From Bigelowiella natans CCMP2755 (Eukaryota; Protista; Cercozoa): DNA of 53,270 bases. The notes beneath the pieces are model-generated. The model ran no database searches. It saw only the letters and a program-made list of their open reading frames with translations, and was not told the DNA's origin. A program made the translations under genes and the position numbers. This document shows positions 50,124 through 53,270 of the stretch, piece after piece. Position 1 is the first letter of the stretch. Each line of letters starts with the position of its first letter. The stretch spans positions 1 to 53,270 of the forward strand of contig ADNK01000121.1 in assembly GCA_000320545.1 (NCBI GenBank), in the 5' to 3' direction.

Positions 50124-51053
50124 ATGGCGACGGACTTCAAGTACAGAGTCAGAAGAGAAGATGGCCACCAACGACGGGGTCCAATTAGCAGTGGGCTGGA
50201 GGGGAAGGAGACCACGATTCATTCCAGCAGCAACAACAGCAGCTTCTCTTTACCAAGTAAGATGGCAACGATGGCAACCAAGCTCAGACGTGCAGACGGA
50301 CGAAAGAGCTCGCCATATCTCCTAGGACGGTACTCGACTGCTTCAGGTTTACTATTCGATGTATGCTACAAGAGAGATAAGGGCAGGGGGCCCCATTACC
50401 GCTTATTATTCCTCCATGCACGCGCCCGGAAGTTGAAAATGGGGTTTTTGCTATTCCAAGAGAATAAAAAAGAAGGGACTTTAGCATTTAAAGGGATGAA
50501 AGTTAGCGACGATTTCAGGGGACGGGGCCTATCTAAGCTTTTTCTAGCGATATGGATCGTGTTCACAGTTTCGCAAGGCCTCATACCAAACGCAAACATA
50601 ATCGAAAAGCCTGTTCTATCTTTACTGCTCCTACGATTTGAGTTCTTTCCTCTTAACAAAAAAAATTGCTTCAAATTGGCTCCGCCGAGCAGTAACCAAA
50701 GCTTGTTGTGGACGGAAAATCCAGCAAGATTCCATCAGGCATTTTCTAGAAAAGCCCGTACTGCCCAAGAAATTCGCTTACTCCCCCACAAACCGGAGAA
50801 GGCAGTAACAGTTTATACTTCAACGGGCTACTTTGTGAAAAATGCTCAACGTTCACTGGAGCTGGCAAAGACAGAATTGTCTGACGGAAGAATGCATTGG
50901 TTCACAGGATCAGGGGTTGTTTTAGGTAAGAGCTCTGACAGCCAAGTAGTAGGCTTCCACACCGCCGAAGTCATTTGCCTTCCACATTCCAAATTAGCCG
51001 ATCACATCATTGTCGACGCTCATGGATTCGGTGACCGTCGTCGTCTTTGCTAG
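50124..51053 (+). CDS. Hypothetical protein with GNAT acetyl-CoA-binding motif A, intronless
   Basis: 309-aa ORF containing LAFKGMKVSDDFRGRGLSKLFL (V...RGxGxx motif), preceded by MGFLLF and followed by IEKPVLSLLL. Confidence 0.65.
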   Translation: MATDFKYRVRREDGHQRRGPISSGLEGKETTIHSSSNNSSFSLPSKMATMATKLRRADGRKSSPYLLGRYSTASGLLFDVCYKRDKGRGPHYRLLFLHARARKLKMGFLLFQENKKEGTLAFKGMKVSDDFRGRGLSKLFLAIWIVFTVSQGLIPNANIIEKPVLSLLLLRFEFFPLNKKNCFKLAPPSSNQSLLWTENPARFHQAFSRKARTAQEIRLLPHKPEKAVTVYTSTGYFVKNAQRSLELAKTELSDGRMHWFTGSGVVLGKSSDSQVVGFHTAEVICLPHSKLADHIIVDAHGFGDRRRLC

Positions 51054-51799
51054 TCTTTGGAACAAGACAAACGTTCAATGATTTTAAAATTAAATGGCTC
51101 ATGTGGCTGTTCGCATGCACGTGTCGTAACACTGCGACGAGCAAGCAGCGTCAAGATGCATGATGGTCAAGTGCATGTTCTCCCGATGTGCACCCCACCT
51201 ATGTTATTGTTATATTCACAGCGCCGCTGCCATCTAGCCACGTCGTGCATGCACACGGCGATCGATTCACGACATGTGCTCTGTGATGGCTTATTTATTT
51301 GCACTCAAACTGTAGCCGTCTATACCTCCATGCTAGCAGTGTTGCATCCAATGCAGAGGCGCGACACACCGGAGGTGTCACATGTGCACTGCATGCTGCT
51401 GCATGTGCTGCTTCATTGACGGTCGCGCTGCACACACACGCGTGCCGGCTCCGATCACCACTTGATGCCACAATGTGCTCTACGCCAACAGCGAAACAGA
51501 AACGAATTCATTGTGCACGTGGGCAACTACTCGGGGTTGGATGGGGTCACAATTTCGTCATCACTAGATCAGCTACAGTGTTGGGCAGGCTGCTTAACGC
51601 ACTGTCGAGTGAATCTGCCAATCTTTTCTTCATCTGTGCCCTTCTTTCCCTCCCTTCTCCTCATTCCCTCTGTCCTTTGCTTCAGCATCAGCGTCGGTCT
51701 TTACCTGCTGCTGATTTTCTGACGAATTCTTCCCCATCTCGTCTTCCTCCACAACGACAACGTCCAGCTTATACCTATAATGTTAACGATGTATGAGTA

Positions 51800-52076
51800 A
51801 CAATGACGCGTGGCGGCGATGTGGAAATCCCTGCTGTTTGATTTTGTTTATTTACGCACTCGGCAGCGATGTCAAATCTAGAGCTTGGGGCCGCGTGCGA
51901 GACGTACCGAACGAACCTACCGAAGAATTGGGGGGGTGCGAAAGACACAATGAGGAGGGGATGGGGAACAACTGCATGGAATTTGACATCTTTTTTCAAC
52001 AATATTTCCTAATTCCGCTGCATAACACTTCACGTCCGGTATCATGCAGCAAGAAACAACACACAAACACACACAG

Positions 52077-52116
<40 letters not shown>

Positions 52117-52782
52117 GCTCACATATATATGATTTTACTTGATGCGATTAGGACGACGAAGTTGGATACGGAGGCAATTATTTGCGGCCGATGCTGACTG
52201 CGGTGCTTCTCTTCCTCCCTCTCCTTCAGCCACATACGCCTATAACAACAGTACAAAAGCAGCATGGAGAGGTAGGTTGAAATGTAGTACTAAAAGCATA
52301 AAAACATGAGCAAGAGGAGCACTGAGAAATAACAGGTCGACACTTCTGCTTGCACATAGTGTTTGGTAGAAGAGGCGAAAGGGCAAATTCTATCGTTCTT
52401 CTATGGGAAGGCACATCGGATCAAGACTCCAGAATTCTATGCATAGATTTGTGTGTGTGTGTGTGTGTGTGTGTTGTTTTATGTATGTTGCTTGGTTGAC
52501 TGCCTCTGCATCGTCGCCCTCCGTTGCATGATCGATCTGAAAGTTGAAGCGCACACACACACAATATGTCACTCTGTCGAAATACGGTATCTTCCACAAC
52601 ATGGCGGACGCAGACGTGGATTGATACCTGCACATCTGATTGGAAACCACCTACTTCGTCGGTCTCCCAAATGCTGCTATATATGTGAACACGTCATGCC
52701 AGGAAGAAAATAAGGGCAGAAACCGATGAAATAACGATTATGACGCTTATGATGCTGCTGCTTCTGCTGCTGCTACTGATAG

Positions 52783-52813
<31 letters not shown>

Positions 52814-53270
52814 AATGATGATGGTGATGGTGGTGATGACTCACCCGTGACCTGTGTGTGTACCATAAAGATATCGAAAGCAAAATGTGGTGCATAGTTC
52901 GTTTCAAAACTATATTTGGGAACGTACCTGTGTTATCATCAAGGTGAGCATCGGTTGTAGCTCATACCGCGCTCCTCCTGCAACTTTTAGAAAGTTGGCT
53001 ACCTACGTATTGCAACGGTGTGTATTCCATTCAAGTCTTTGTGGTCATTAGCTTATATGAACCCTTGCAACAGTGATAAGAAGATCTCCAAATGAAAAGT
53101 CTTCAGTGCCATCGTTATCCAATTGGTCGAGCTGCAATAAGATCGATTATTCCCATTAATGTAAAGCTTGATACATCCCAATAAATAGGCAACATAATCG
53201 ATTTTACCTCAAATAAAAAGTCCCAGGAAAATCCACGTACATCATCTATTGCTACTCGTTGCGTCTAACC
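51800..53270 (-). CDS. 3' part of an unidentified multi-exon gene (partial; end not resolved)
   Basis: Short GT-AG-bounded in-frame exons TQRVAIDDVRGFSWDFLFE | LDQLDNDGTEDFSFGDLLITVAR | VANFLKVAGGARYELQPMLTLMITQ, with microsatellite-filled introns further downstream. Confidence 0.5.

Overview
Gene-dense, intron-rich eukaryotic nuclear DNA with GT-AG introns, many filled with microsatellites. Two proteins carry signal-peptide plus transit-peptide leaders, which suggests an alga with a secondary plastid, chlorarachniophyte-like (inference). I reconstructed about 15 protein-coding genes by eye, in near-strict strand alternation: strumpellin/WASHC5 (5' partial), mitochondrial uL4, FPP synthase, a plastid CIA30-domain protein, a disordered Ser/Pro-rich CDK-site protein behind an E2F-site cluster, an MMS2/UEV-like protein, a Sel1-repeat protein, an aldo-keto reductase, a membrane-anchored protein with a duplicated unnamed 6-Cys module, a large WD40 protein, a two-repeat MYB factor, an INSIG-like membrane protein, a GPR155/LYCHOS-like PIN-transporter+7TM fusion without DEP, a GNAT-like protein and a partial unknown gene. 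The most striking non-coding signal is that repeat-derived DNA is purged of TpA. A 401-bp TIR element has a 323-bp TpA-free interior, and its expected TA target-site duplications read CA and TG. A degenerate triplicated region has 484 bp without a TpA, and its surviving TAs are mostly CTAG/TAG. This suggests a repeat-targeted TpA->TpG/CpA (A-to-G) hypermutation process. Exon boundaries are manual and family calls come from recalled motifs, not database searches.
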